A DNA stretch of 64,000 bases from Leucoraja erinacea (lineage: Eukaryota), in NCBI RefSeq assembly GCF_028641065.1, contig NC_073411.1, positions 13,330,001 through 13,394,000 of the forward strand, in the 5' to 3' direction. Of this stretch, positions 11,141 to 22,410 are shown one piece after another (position 1 is the first letter of the stretch; every line of letters starts with the position of its first letter). Below the pieces are notes generated by a model. That model ran no database searches. It saw only the letters and a program-made list of their open reading frames with translations, and was not told the origin of the DNA. Both the position numbers and the translations under genes were made by a program.

Positions 11141-12911
11141 AGCCCCAGGTCACAGACATCATTCCTTTGTCGCAAATTACCAACATTTCCAACCGCAAGT
11201 GCAAATCAAAGCGTGCAAGGGTAACGGGGTAGATGGGAGGGGGGGGGGGGTGTACGGGCTGCGGAATGCCCAAGGAGGGGGCCATAGACGCTGTTCCCCC
11301 CCCCCCCCCCCCACCCCACAATCCCCCCCCCCCCCCCCCCCCCCCCCCCACCCCCCCCCCCCCCCCCCCCCCACACCCCACCCCATCACCCCCCCCCCCC
11401 CCCCCATACCTCTTACCCCCCCCCCAAATCACCCCCTTGTACCCCTCCTAAAGAAATTTGAGGAAAGACATTCTTGCGATTGAGGGAGTGCAGCGTAGGT
11501 TCACCAGGTTAATTCCCGGGATGGAGAGACTGTCATATGCCGAGAGAATGGAGCAGCTGGGCTTGTACACTCTGGAGTTTAGAAGGATGAGAGAGGATCT
11601 TATTGAAACATATAAGATTATTAATGGATTGGGCACGTTAGAGGCAATAACAGCAATTCTCTGGATGCATTTTCAGAGAGTTGTGAGAGAGAGTTAATTC
11701 AGATAGGGCTCTTAAAGATAGCGCTGGAGTCAAGAGGGATATAAAGGGGAGAAGGCAGGAGACGGGGTACTGTACTGATTGTGGATGATCAGCCATGATC
11801 ATATTGAATGGCAGTGCTGGGTCGAAGGGTCGAATGGCCTACTCCTGCACCTATTGTGTATTGTCCCTCCCACCCATTATTATCACCCCCTTATACCCCT
11901 CATCCCATCACTGCTCCCCCTCCCCATCACCCTACCATAACCACCCACCCCCTCCCCCTTCAATCACCCCTCACCCACCCTCTATGACCCATCACCCCCC
12001 CTCCCCCCAGTGTTCCATGAGCAGGCAGATCAGACGCAGAGACCCTGGGTGTAGCAGGGATATAGTGTGGGTCGGGGGAGCGAGGGGGGTAGGGGGGCAG
12101 CGAAGGGGGGGTGGGGTGTGGGGGCTATCGCCCGACTCCAGCGAGACGCTGCGGGCTCCACAGAACATCCACCGATCCACTTCACATCTGCAAAGAACCA
12201 GAGGGACGGGTTAGATCCATTCTGGGGCGGGGGTGAAATCGGCAACAGCCCCCAACCAGCGCGGACTGCACTCCCATCGAGACCCCACCAATATTCCAGT
12301 GTGTCTGTCGTACAGGCTGACAGCAGAACAATGAAACACTGACTTACAGCAGCTCCGATAAAGAACAGTGGTTTAGTTTATTGTGGGCCGAATGGCCTGT
12401 TTCTGTGCTGTACTGTTGTGTGTTCGATGTTCCTCTTTCCCCCTGAAATGTTTTTGCATTAGATGCATTTCTATCATATACCGCCGTCTTATGAATCAGC
12501 TTCGGGATCACCGTAACTCATTCAATTAAATTAAATCCTCCTCGTCTTTAGTTTAGTTTAGAGATACAGTGGAATCAGGCCGCCCTGGCCCACACCGACC
12601 AGCGATCCCCGCACACTAACTCTACCCTACACACACTAGGGACAATTCACACTTACACCAAGCCAATTAACCTGCAAACCTGCACGTCTTTGGAGTGGGG
12701 GAGGAAACCGAAGATCTGGGAGAAATCCCACGCAGGTCACGGGGAGAACGTGCAAACTCTTATTTATAATAAGAAAGGAGATAAAATGTACTAAATTATA
12801 ATCCCAATATTAGTGCAATCAATGGCAGTCCATGGCTCATCATTTAGTTCGTGGTGTTCAGGAGCCCTGTGGCCGCGGGCAGAAATAGACGTGATGGGGG
12901 GGTTAAAGATA

Positions 12912-13590
12912 AGGTGGGGGGAAGGAGAGGGGGAAGGGGGAGAGGGGAAGGGGAGAGAGGAAAGGAGAGATGCAAGGAGAGAGGGGGAAGGGGAAAGGGG
13001 GGGAAGGAGGAGAGAGAAAGCAGATGGGAGGGGGGTAAGGAGAGAGTGGTGGGAGGGAGAGGGAGAGAGGGGGAAGGAAGAGAGGGAGGAAGGAGAGAGA
13101 GAGTAGAGAGGGGAGGAGGGGGAGGAGGAGAGGGTAGAGGGGGAAGGAGAGAGGGGGGAAGGAGAGAGTAGGAGAGGGAGAGGGGAAGGAGAGGAGAGAG
13201 GGGGAAGGAAGAGAGAGAGAGAGAGTGGGAGAGGGAGAGGAGGAGAGAGGTAGGGGAGGGGGGAAGGAGAGGAAGGAGAGAGAGAGTAGGAGAGGGAGAG
13301 GGGGAAGGAGAGAGATAGAGAGGGGGGGAAGGTTAGAGGAGAGGCAAGGAGAGAAGCAGAGAGATGCAAGGAGAGAGGGAAGGAGAGAAGCAGAGATGCA
13401 AGGAGGAGAGGGGCGAGGAGAGGGGGAAAGAGAGAGAGAAAGCAGATGGGAGGGGGTAAGAAGAGAGGGGGGAGAGAGTGGTGGAGGGAGAGGGAGAGAG
13501 GGGGGAGAGAGAGAGAGGGAGGAAGGAGAGAGAGTAGGAGAGGTAGAGGGGGAAGGAGAGAGGTAGAGGGGGAAGGAGAGAGAGGGGGCA
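12912..13590. repeat. Polypurine (GA-rich) low-complexity tract
   Basis: About 680 bp of almost only G and A on the + strand. Confidence 0.9.
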
Positions 13591-13619
13591 TCGCAGAGGG
13601 AGAGGTTGGAGACACGAAC

Positions 13620-13703
13620 CTTCTGGTCCAGCTGCTGATAGTCGGTGGTCTTTGGCCGTCGAGAGTTCTTTGATCTCCGTCCCTCGACAACAACTGCAAT
13701 AAT
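13620..13703 (-). CDS. TGOLN2: TGOLN2 exon 3: cytoplasmic tail with YxxL sorting motif
   Basis: IIAVVVEGRRSKNSRRPKTTDYQQLDQK resembles the mammalian tail [28 protein letters not shown]. 84 nt, flanked by ttacag and GTTCGT. The terminal exon was not fixed. Confidence 0.93.
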
Positions 13704-14729
13704 CTGTAACAGAGAGGGGGGGGGGGAGATAGATAACAGGGGATCCTCACCCTGCGCCCACCCCCCACCTCCCCTCTCCAACCGCGACATGTACACAGCC
13801 TCACGAAACACCTGCGGTGAAAGTGACCCTTACCCCCGGCAACTTACAACCGCACGGCACACACATTGGATTTGTAAATCCCCCTGTACCACACCCGGGT
13901 GCACTCCCCATCCCATTCCCCCCCTCCCTTTCCCCAATCCCCCTCCCCATTCTCTTTTCCCCCTTCCTTTAGAAGTTTGAAAACGCACACCTCCAGATTC
14001 AGGGACAGTTTCTTCCCAGCTGTTATCAGGCAACTGAACCATCCTATTAACACCCAGAGAGTGGTGCTGAACTATTAGCTACCTCTTTGATGATCCTCGG
14101 ACTATCGCTGAGTTTCTCCAGCGTTTTTGTCTATTTCAGACTATCCTTGATCGGATTTTGTTGGCTTGACCTCGCACTAAACGTTATTCCCTTATTCCCT
14201 CGGGTGGACTATGAGGGGGAGAACTGGATATTTTTAGTGCCTTCCCTCACAGTGAATTCTGCTGTGGGGGGACGTTTCATGTTGATTTCTATAGTGTACT
14301 GTTTCTGTGTCTTTTTTCTTTTTCTCTTTTTTTGTTTTGTATGGATATATTGACATTTGATCTGTTCAATTAATTTAATCAATCTCTGTAAAGCACTTTG
14401 GTTCAAATACTGGTTTTGTTGAAAAGTGCTATATAAATAAACATTATTATTATTATCATGTAAACAGCTCGATTGTAATCATGTATTGTGTTTCTAGCTG
14501 ACTGGATAGCACGCAACAAAAGCTTTTCACTGTACCTCGGTACACGTGACAATAAATTAAACCACTGAAGACAGACACAAAATGCCGGAGTAACTCAGCG
14601 GGACAGGCAGCATCTCTGGAGAGAAGGAACGGGTGACGTTTCGGGTCGAGACCCTTCTTCAGACTGAGATTCAGGGGAGGGGAAGACCAGAGGTACGGAA
14701 GGGTAAAGGTATGAAAACGACAGATTAAA

Positions 14730-14955
14730 GGGCCTGTCCCACTTGGTGTATTTTTTGGAGACTGCCGGCATCATTGACTGACGTATATCAGGTCACCAAA
14801 TAATTTGTGGCTAGACGATGTAATGACGTGCGGTGTTTTTTCAAGTGTCGCAACATTTTTTTTGTCGCTGCTGGATTTTGAAATGTTCAAAACCTTTTGG
14901 CGACACTGATATGATGCCGGCAGTCACCAAAAAAAATTGCCAAGTGGGCAGGCCC
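14730..14955. mobile_element. PIF/Harbinger-like MITE, same family as 6844-7022
   Basis: TIRs GGGCCTGTCCCACTTGG / CCAAGTGGGCAGGCCC. Confidence 0.7.
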
Positions 14956-15791
14956 TTAACACAGATGATGATGTAGAAAAATGTTCCATTGTTAGCTGAG
15001 GGGAACGTGACACGGAGGCACATAATCAGTAAAATTAGGACAGCGAAACTAGTCGGACAACTAGGGTGAGGTCACACATTCCATCTCTCCTGAGACGCTT
15101 GGTTACTCCAGTACATTGTTACTATCTCTGGTTGTAAATCACCGCCTGCAATTCCCTAGAGAGAAGGATTGGGTGAGACCCTTCCTCAGACGTCACCCAT
15201 TCCTTCTCTCCAGAGATGCTGCCCGTCCTGCTGAGTTACTCCAGCACTTTGTGTCTATCTCCAGTGTAAAGGCCCTTCATTCGAACTTGGGGAATGTCGG
15301 TAGCGGCTCGTAATGCCAGCCGTAGGAACTTGAGGCATCAGGTAAGTCGGAACGATTTTTCAACAGCCCCGAGTACCTACGAATGGCTATCACCATAATT
15401 CTCCAAGTTCAAATCAAGGGGAAACCTCTTTTAAAATATTTTTAAAATAGGTGCGAGTGTAGGCCATTCGGCCCTTCGAGACAGCACTGGCATTCAATGT
15501 GATCATGGCTGATCATCCAAAATCAGTACCCCGTTCCTGCCTTCTCCTCACATCCCTTGATTCCGTTAGCCCTTAGAGCTATATCTAACTCTCTTTTGAA
15601 AACATCCAGTGAATTTGATGTGAACAGCCTCCACTACCTTCTGTGGCAGAGAATTCCACAGATTCACAACTCTCTGGGTGAATTTTTTTTTCCTCATCTC
15701 AGTCTTAAATGGCCTCCCCCTTATTCTTAGTGTGTGCCCCCTGGTTCTGGACTCCCCCACCTGCAGCTCCCTGCTCCACTCACTCACTCAC

Positions 15792-16621
15792 CTTGCGCTT
15801 GTTGTGGTAGGCAACATAGACAACGGCCACGATGATGGCGGTGCTGACCAAGTAGGCGAAGAAGTGGCTGCTCTCCGCCACGTCCTCCGGCACCGTGTCC
15901 ATCCCGGCCTGTGCCCGCCCCGGATCCACCACCCCTCCAGCGGCCTTCTCCGGTTCTTCCCCGCCCGCGGCTCCCTCGGGCCCGACCGGGTCTCCCTCCG
16001 CGGCCTCGCCTTCATCTGTCTCCGCCTCCTCGGTCGGTTCGTGGTCAGTGGTCTCCCCGCCCTCTGGACTGGTCTTTGGCTCTTCGGCCTTTGGCCCTAC
16101 GGACTCTGACCCTCCGATCTCTGACCCTCCGGCCTTTGGCCCTTCGGCCTTTGGCCCTACGGACTCTGACCCTCCGGCCTTTGGCCCTCCGGTCTCTGGC
16201 CCTCCGGCCTTTGGCCCTACGGCATCTGACCCTCCGGTCTCTGACCCTCCGGCCTTTGGCCCTACGGCATCTGACCCTCCGGCCTTTGGCCCTACGGCAT
16301 CTGACCCTCCGGCCTTTGGCCCTCCGGCCTCTGGCCCTCCGGCCTTTGGCCCTCCAGTCTCTGGCCCTCCAGCCTTTGGCCCTTCAGCCTTTGGCCCTAC
16401 GGTATCTGACCCTCCGGCCTTTGGCCCTCCGGCCTCTGACCCTCCGGCCTTTGGCCCTACGGTATCTGACGCTCCGGACACTGGCTTGGCCGCTGCCGAC
16501 TCAGCGCCACCTCCAACAGCGATCACATTGCTCGCTACGTCGGGCTTCAGCGGTGTCGGCTCCGCGGGAACGGACCTCTTCTCTTTCAGTTTTTCATTTT
16601 TAACCCCGGAGAGTGAAACGC
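15792..16621 (-). CDS. TGOLN2: TGOLN2 exon 2: repeat-rich luminal domain, acidic stretch and transmembrane helix
   Basis: Ends [29 protein letters not shown]|gtgagt, the TGN38/TGN46 juxtamembrane and TM signature. Acceptor ccccacag. Confidence 0.93.
16075..16470 (-). repeat. Coding minisatellite, 15-nt unit (GPKAG / GSDAV / GPETG pentapeptides)
   Basis: Repeated CCCTCCGGCCTTTGG-type units on the + strand, in frame within TGOLN2 exon 2. Confidence 0.9.
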
Positions 16622-17049
16622 CTGTGGGGGAGAGAGAGAGAGGATGAGGAACTGAAACTAATGCCTTCTGAAGAAGTGTCTCGACCTGAAACATAGAAAA
16701 GTCACCTATTTCTCCAGCATTTTTGTCTACCTTTAGGAAGGAGGTGAGGAGGTATTTCTTTAGTCGGCGGGGGTGGTGAATCTGCTGAATTCATTGCCAC
16801 AGATGGCTGTGGAGGCCAAGTCAGTGGATATTTTTATATGTTTAAGGCAGAGATAGATAGATTCTTGATCAGTAAGGGCGTCAGAGGTTATGGGGAGAAG
16901 GCAGGAGAATGGGGTTAGGAGGGAGAGACAGATCAGCCATGATTGAATGGTGGAGGAGGCTTGATGGGCCGAATGGCATCATTCTGCTCCTATCACCGAT
17001 GACGATGACCTTATGAAACAACGGTGCACGGTCACCGAGAGACCCAGTA

Positions 17050-17340
17050 GGCGAGGCGCTCCCTCCCCCGGACCGCGGCGCTCCCTCCCCCGGACCGCGA
17101 CGCTCCCTCCCCCGGACCGCGGCGCTCCCTCTACCGGCGAGACGCTCCCTCCAGCAGATGGGGCGCTCCCTCTACCGGCGAGGCGCTCCCTCCAGCAGAT
17201 GGGGCGCTCCCTCTACCGGCGAGGCGCTCCCTCACCCACCCAGCAACAGCAGGTGGGGCGCTCCCTCACCCACCCAGCAACAGCAGGTGGGGCGCTCCCT
17301 CCCCGGGCCGCGGCGCTCCCTCACTCACCCAGCAACAACA
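17050..17340. repeat. GC-rich minisatellite in TGOLN2 intron 1 (GGCGCTCCCTC core)
   Basis: Repeated GGCGCTCCCTC with variable spacers, including two copies resembling the end of exon 1. Confidence 0.8.
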
Positions 17341-17362
17341 GCGGGACGAGCAGGAGCCTCAT
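17329..17362 (-). CDS. TGOLN2: TGOLN2 exon 1 (signal peptide MRLLLVPLLLL-G)
   Basis: ATG at 17362 in a CpG-rich region, hydrophobic leader and phase-1 donor G|GTGAGT, compatible with the phase-1 acceptor at 16621. Confidence 0.85.
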
Positions 17363-17727
17363 TGCGTCCTCGGAGCCAGGCGAGTGACGCGGGCCCGTTC
17401 GCGGCTCCCCGCAAACCCCGGCACCGGAGCAGGAGCGGTCCACGGGCGGGGACTCGGGTCTCGGGTCTCAGGCCGTTGGCTCCGCTGCTGATGGGGATCC
17501 CGATCCAGACTGGGAGAGTGATCCAGACTCCACGTTTTCCCACCGCCCCGAGTACGTGCCCTTTCGATACATATAGGATCTTTGATACATACGGAGAGGG
17601 TCAGGTGACCGGAAGAAACCGACGGATTGCAACATGTGGCAGAAACACAGCGTGGGTCGGGCAGCCTCTGTGGAAGTGAGAGAGACAGGGATGGCATCGG
17701 GTTGTGTGTCCATGATTGATACGTTAT

Positions 17728-18140
17728 TGTAATAATAATAATAATAAATTTTATTTATGGGCGCCTTTCAAGAGTCTCAAGGACACCTTACAAAAATTTA
17801 GCAGGTAGAGGAAAAACATGTAAGGGGAATGAAATAAATAGTAGAGACATGACTAGTACACAAAGTAAAGACAGAATTCAATTCAAAACACAATATGAGG
17901 CAATTAATGCACAGATGAAAAGGGAGGGGGACGTGGGGCTAAGGATAGGCAGAGGTGAAGAGATTGGTCTTGAGGCGGGACTGGAAGATGGTGAGGGACA
18001 CGGAATTGCGGATCAGTTGGGGGAGGGAGTTCCAGAGCCTGAGAGCTGCCCTGGAGAAGGCTCTGTCCCCAAAACTGCGGAGGTTGGACTTGTGGATGGA
18101 GAGGAGACCGGCTAATGTGGATCTGAGGGGTCGTGAGGAT
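17728..18140 (-). mobile_element. L2-like LINE 3' end upstream of TGOLN2
   Basis: The minus strand encodes a ...PRLWNSLP...FQSRLKT.LF-type C-terminus followed by a 3' UTR ending in (ATT)n. Confidence 0.6.
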
Positions 18141-20829
18141 TGGTAGGGGGTGTGTATTATTGTGTAGGAAGGAACTGGCTTACACCGAAGATAGACACAA
18201 AATGCTGGAGTAACTCAGCCGGACAGGCAGCGTCCCTGGAGAGGATTCAAGAGAGTTTATTTTCATGTATCCCAGATAGGACAATGAAATTCCTGAAGGG
18301 TGACGTTTGGGGTCAGACTGAAGAAGGGTCTCGTCCCGAAACGTCACCTATTCCTTCGCTCCAGGGATGCTGCCTGTCCCATTTATACTTTATTGCAAAG
18401 AGTCGTCATATATAGAGTGCTGACAAAGCTACAAAAGTATTCAATATAGTCCTGATGGTTCCTACATAGAAAATATGTGCAGGAGGAGGCCATTCGGCCC
18501 TTTGAGCCAGCATCGCCATTCATTGTGATCATGGCTGATCGTCCCCAATCAATAACCCGTGCCTGCCTTCTCCCTACATCCCTTGATTCCACTAGCCCCC
18601 GATAGCTCTATCTTCCTCTTCCTTCTCCCCCTCATCCCCTTGCCGCCCCTCCTAGTTCTCAGCCCACCCCCCACAACGGGTCCCATTTTGTTCTGACCAC
18701 CGGCACTCATGTGGGCGTCGGCTCTCTGACAGTCCCCCCTCCCTCTCCACTATTCTTCACTCCTCCTCCTCACTCCCCTCCGTCCCCCCCACCGACTCCC
18801 CCTCACTCACCACCTGGACCCCCCCCCCTCCCTCTCCAACGTTCCTCCTTGCTTCCGGGCCGCGGAGACTTTGTCCTTTGACCCTCGCCGTGCAAAAAGC
18901 AGAAACACCCAGGCCGCAGAATCCTAACGCCAAATCAAGGCAGTTTTTAGAGTTCAGAATTTAGAGGACAACAACAGATCCATTGCAGGAAGCATCACAG
19001 CACGGTTTGGAAACAGCTCCATCCAAGACCACAATAAATTGCATAGAATTGTGTACGCAGCCCAGACGATCACACAAACCAACCTCCCTTCCATTGGCTC
19101 CATTTATACCTTACGCTGCCTCGGCAAGGCCAGCAGCATAATCTTCTCCTTCTTCTTGCGTATGGCGTGCACAGCCTAAAGTTGTAGGACAACTTGTTCT
19201 ATTTGATCTTATTTGATTGTGCACCACCCCACAGCATAATCAAGGACCAATCTCACCCGACCACTCCCTCTTCTCCCCTCTCCCATCAGGGAAAAGGTAC
19301 AGTTGTGTAAACGCACACCTCCAGATTCATGATAGTTTCTTCCCAGCTGTTATCAGGCAACTGAACCATCACACCAACAACTAGAGGGCGGTCCTGAGCT
19401 ATTATCTGCCTCATTGGAGACCCTTGCACTATCTTTGATTTGATTTACTGCCCTTTATCTTCCACTAAACGTTATTCACGATTTTCCCTTCATCTGTATT
19501 TGTACAGTGTGAATGCCTCACTTATAATCATGTATTGTCTTTCCGCTGACTGGTTGGCACGCAACAAAAGCTTTTCACTGTTCCTCAGTACATGTGACAA
19601 TAAACAAATAAACTAAATGGATATGTGGTGTATCGGGTTGAGAACCCTTCTTCAGTTTGCATATTGGGCCAATAAATCTGTGGATAGAAACATAGAAAAA
19701 TGCAAGTGCGGAGTAAGCCCATTCCGAGCCCTCGTACGCTCTGCCCCGCCGCCATATGCCGTAACATTAATGGACATCACATCCTGGCAGTATCCCATCC
19801 TTCCTTTCGCTCTCTGTCCAATATCACCTGACACCCTCCTTTTTAGTTAGCACCCCCGGGACACCATGGACTTAACTACTCCTCCCTCTTACATATAGCC
19901 AATGAACTTGGCTATACAATCAACCAACTGACCCTCTGGTGGCGATCCTTACGGCCACTGCCCTCAGACTGGATGTGTAAACTACATTCTTCGTGTTGTC
20001 TCGAATCCACTCGCCTGGCTTCCCCCCTTATAGTCGTGCGCTTTCGTGTTGGCCCCAATGCTTTTTCTGCGCATCAGGACTTCCCTCTGCTTCTCCCGGA
20101 ACTAGTCGTCCCCCTTCCCTCAGTATCCTTAAACTGTGGCCCCAACCCTAGTGTGACTTTTTGCCTCCATCCTCGGAATGTCCCCCCTAATCTCTAGCCT
20201 GTTGTAGCCGTGGGCAAGCCCCGAGTCCTCTATCCAGAATTTTGCTGTCAATAGACGCTCCCTGCCCCTACCACAATCGGTAATCAAAGAGAACTCTTGA
20301 GAACCTCGTTGTTTCCCTCTATAGCCTCTCCCCTGCCGGTTTTTCAATCATTTCCCCAGGATTAGAGGAGACCTCAACCGTACGCTGTACTTACCATGTT
20401 GTGGTCCTCAGGACCGAAACCTCTCGTAGAATTTTGTCCCGTGCATAAGACCTGCCCCAGCTTCTCTAACTCAACCTTTCTCTAGCAATGTCTATCGAGC
20501 TTGTTATGTGGTTTCGTCTTTCTGCCATCGCTTTGACATTCTTGTCCTTGCATCCTCAGGAATCAGTCTGTGGTGACAATTCGCTGTACTCCCTCTATTT
20601 TGGCAAGAATGTGACAGTTTTCCTCGCGCTAGAGCAGACCAAAACTGTAAGTAATACTCCATCTGGGTGTGGTCTACACCAAGATCCTGTACAACTTGCA
20701 CCGAACCTCCCTGCTCATCTTATAACTCAAACTTCCATGCTTATGAATGCATCAACATATACCTTTTTGCTTTCAAAGTCTTCATAAAATACCTGCTGTG
20801 CAAGCCTGCATTGCCTACTTTCAATGACT

Positions 20830-22410
20830 GGTGTACCAACCGCAGCACCTAGACCACCTGGGGGCCTATGCGAGGATGCTGTTTGGTGATTTTAGCTTTG
20901 CATTCAACACAATTGTGCCAGAGCTACTATACTCCAAACCTTCCGAGCTGACTGTGCCTGAACCCCTCTGTCGGTGGATCACCAGCTTCATGACAGACAG
21001 GAAGCAGCATGTGAGGCTGGGAAATCCGCAGACCAAAGATCCTACAGCGAGCAAGATGGTCCACGCGACGAAAAAGACGTAGTACCGTCATGGGCAGATT
21101 CACGGGTCATTATCGGCCCCATTTCCGTAACCGGCTTCCGTCTCCGCATTAAAGATCCCGTAGCGGAGCAAAGATACTAGTGTGGAGACGGAAGCCGGTT
21201 ACGGAAACATCCTCTTAAAAATAAAACTTATTTGGGAAAAATCTTCTCCTCATTTTCAGAATTATAATTTATTTACATAAACTGTTCCCCCGCAACGTTG
21301 ATTACACTGCGGGTCGGGTTACTGAAATGGATAAAAAAAAGGCCCACAGTCCGCTCCGTTGCGTACTACACGTCAGCCCATTGCATTTAGAAGGAGTGGT
21401 CTATCTTGCTTGCTATAGGATGTTTGCTGCAAAGGCTTAGCATAGGAGCACCGCAAGGCTGCATACTCTCTCCTCTCATCTCCTCTCTCTACACCAACGA
21501 CTGCACCTCCAGAGACACCTCTGTCAAGCTTCTCAAGTTTGCGGATGACACAACCCTGATTGGACTGATCCAGGATGAGGAGGAATCTGCCTACAGACAG
21601 GAAGTGTCACAGCTGGTGTCCTGGTGCCATCGCAACAACCTAGAGCTCAATGCTCTTAAGACAGTGGAATTGATTGTAGACTTTAGGAGAGCTCCCCCTC
21701 CCCTCCCCCCTCACCATCAACAACACCACAGTTACATCTATGGAGTGTTTTAAGTTCCTGGGAACCATCATCTCCAAGGACCTTAAGTGGGGGGGCTACC
21801 ATCGACTCCACCGTCAAAAAGGCACAACAGAGGATGTACTTCCTACGGCAGCTGAGGAAGCACAATCTGCCACAGACAATGATTGTCCAATTCTATACAG
21901 CCATCGTAGAGTCTGTTCTCACCTTCTCTATCATGGTCTGGTTGGCTCAGCCACCAAGCACGACACCTGGAGGCTGCAGCGAATCGTCCGATCAGCAGAG
22001 AAGGTTATTGGCTGCAACCTTCCCTCCATTGATGAACTATACACTGCAAGGGCCAGGAAGCGAGCGGGCAAGATCATCTCCGACCCCTCTCACCCTGGCC
22101 ACAAACTCTTTGAATCACTTCCCTCCAGATTGTCAAAGCTGCCACAGCCAGACATAAAAACAGTTTTTATCCACGATTAGTTACTCTACTCAACAGCCAA
22201 AAATCTGTAGCCTCCGTTTGATCTGGTATTTTGTTGGTTCACATGCTTGATCAATGGTGTTTTTATCCTTAATGTTTTATTATTATTAATGTTTAGAGTT
22301 TTCGGAGTCATTCGTAACTGTCACTGTTTGTCATGTTGTTACTTGTGGGAGGAGCACCAAGGCAAATTCCTTGTATGTGAATACTTGGCCAATAAACTTA
22401 CTTACTTACT
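20830..22410 (+). mobile_element. Rex1/Babar-like LINE reverse transcriptase 3' portion (frameshifted)
   Basis: DFSFAFNTI, GAPQGCILSPL, KFADDTTLIGLI, LNALKTVELIVDFRR and QQRMYFLRQLRK motifs, ending in an (ACTT)n tail. Confidence 0.85.
21034..21426. mobile_element. Non-autonomous TIR element (hAT-like MITE) nested in the Rex1-like LINE
   Basis: 24-bp TIRs CAAAGATCCTACAGCGAGCAAGAT / ATCTTGCTTGCTATAGGATGTTTG (3 mismatches) and a degenerate 8-bp flank CCGCAGAC / CTGCAAAG. Confidence 0.7.

Noticed and set aside
12791-13811. Long Pro/Ser/Leu and Gly/Glu/Arg ORFs
   Set aside because: They arise from a GA-rich low-complexity tract. Only the 84-nt TGOLN2 exon inside them is supported.
15895-16647. 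Plus-strand 230-250 aa repetitive ORFs
   Set aside because: They are antisense shadows of the TGOLN2 coding repeat.
19690-20830. Apparently unique sequence with short ORFs
   Set aside because: It follows the antisense CR1 3' region in order but with dense errors, so it is probably a low-quality consensus or a decayed LINE copy.
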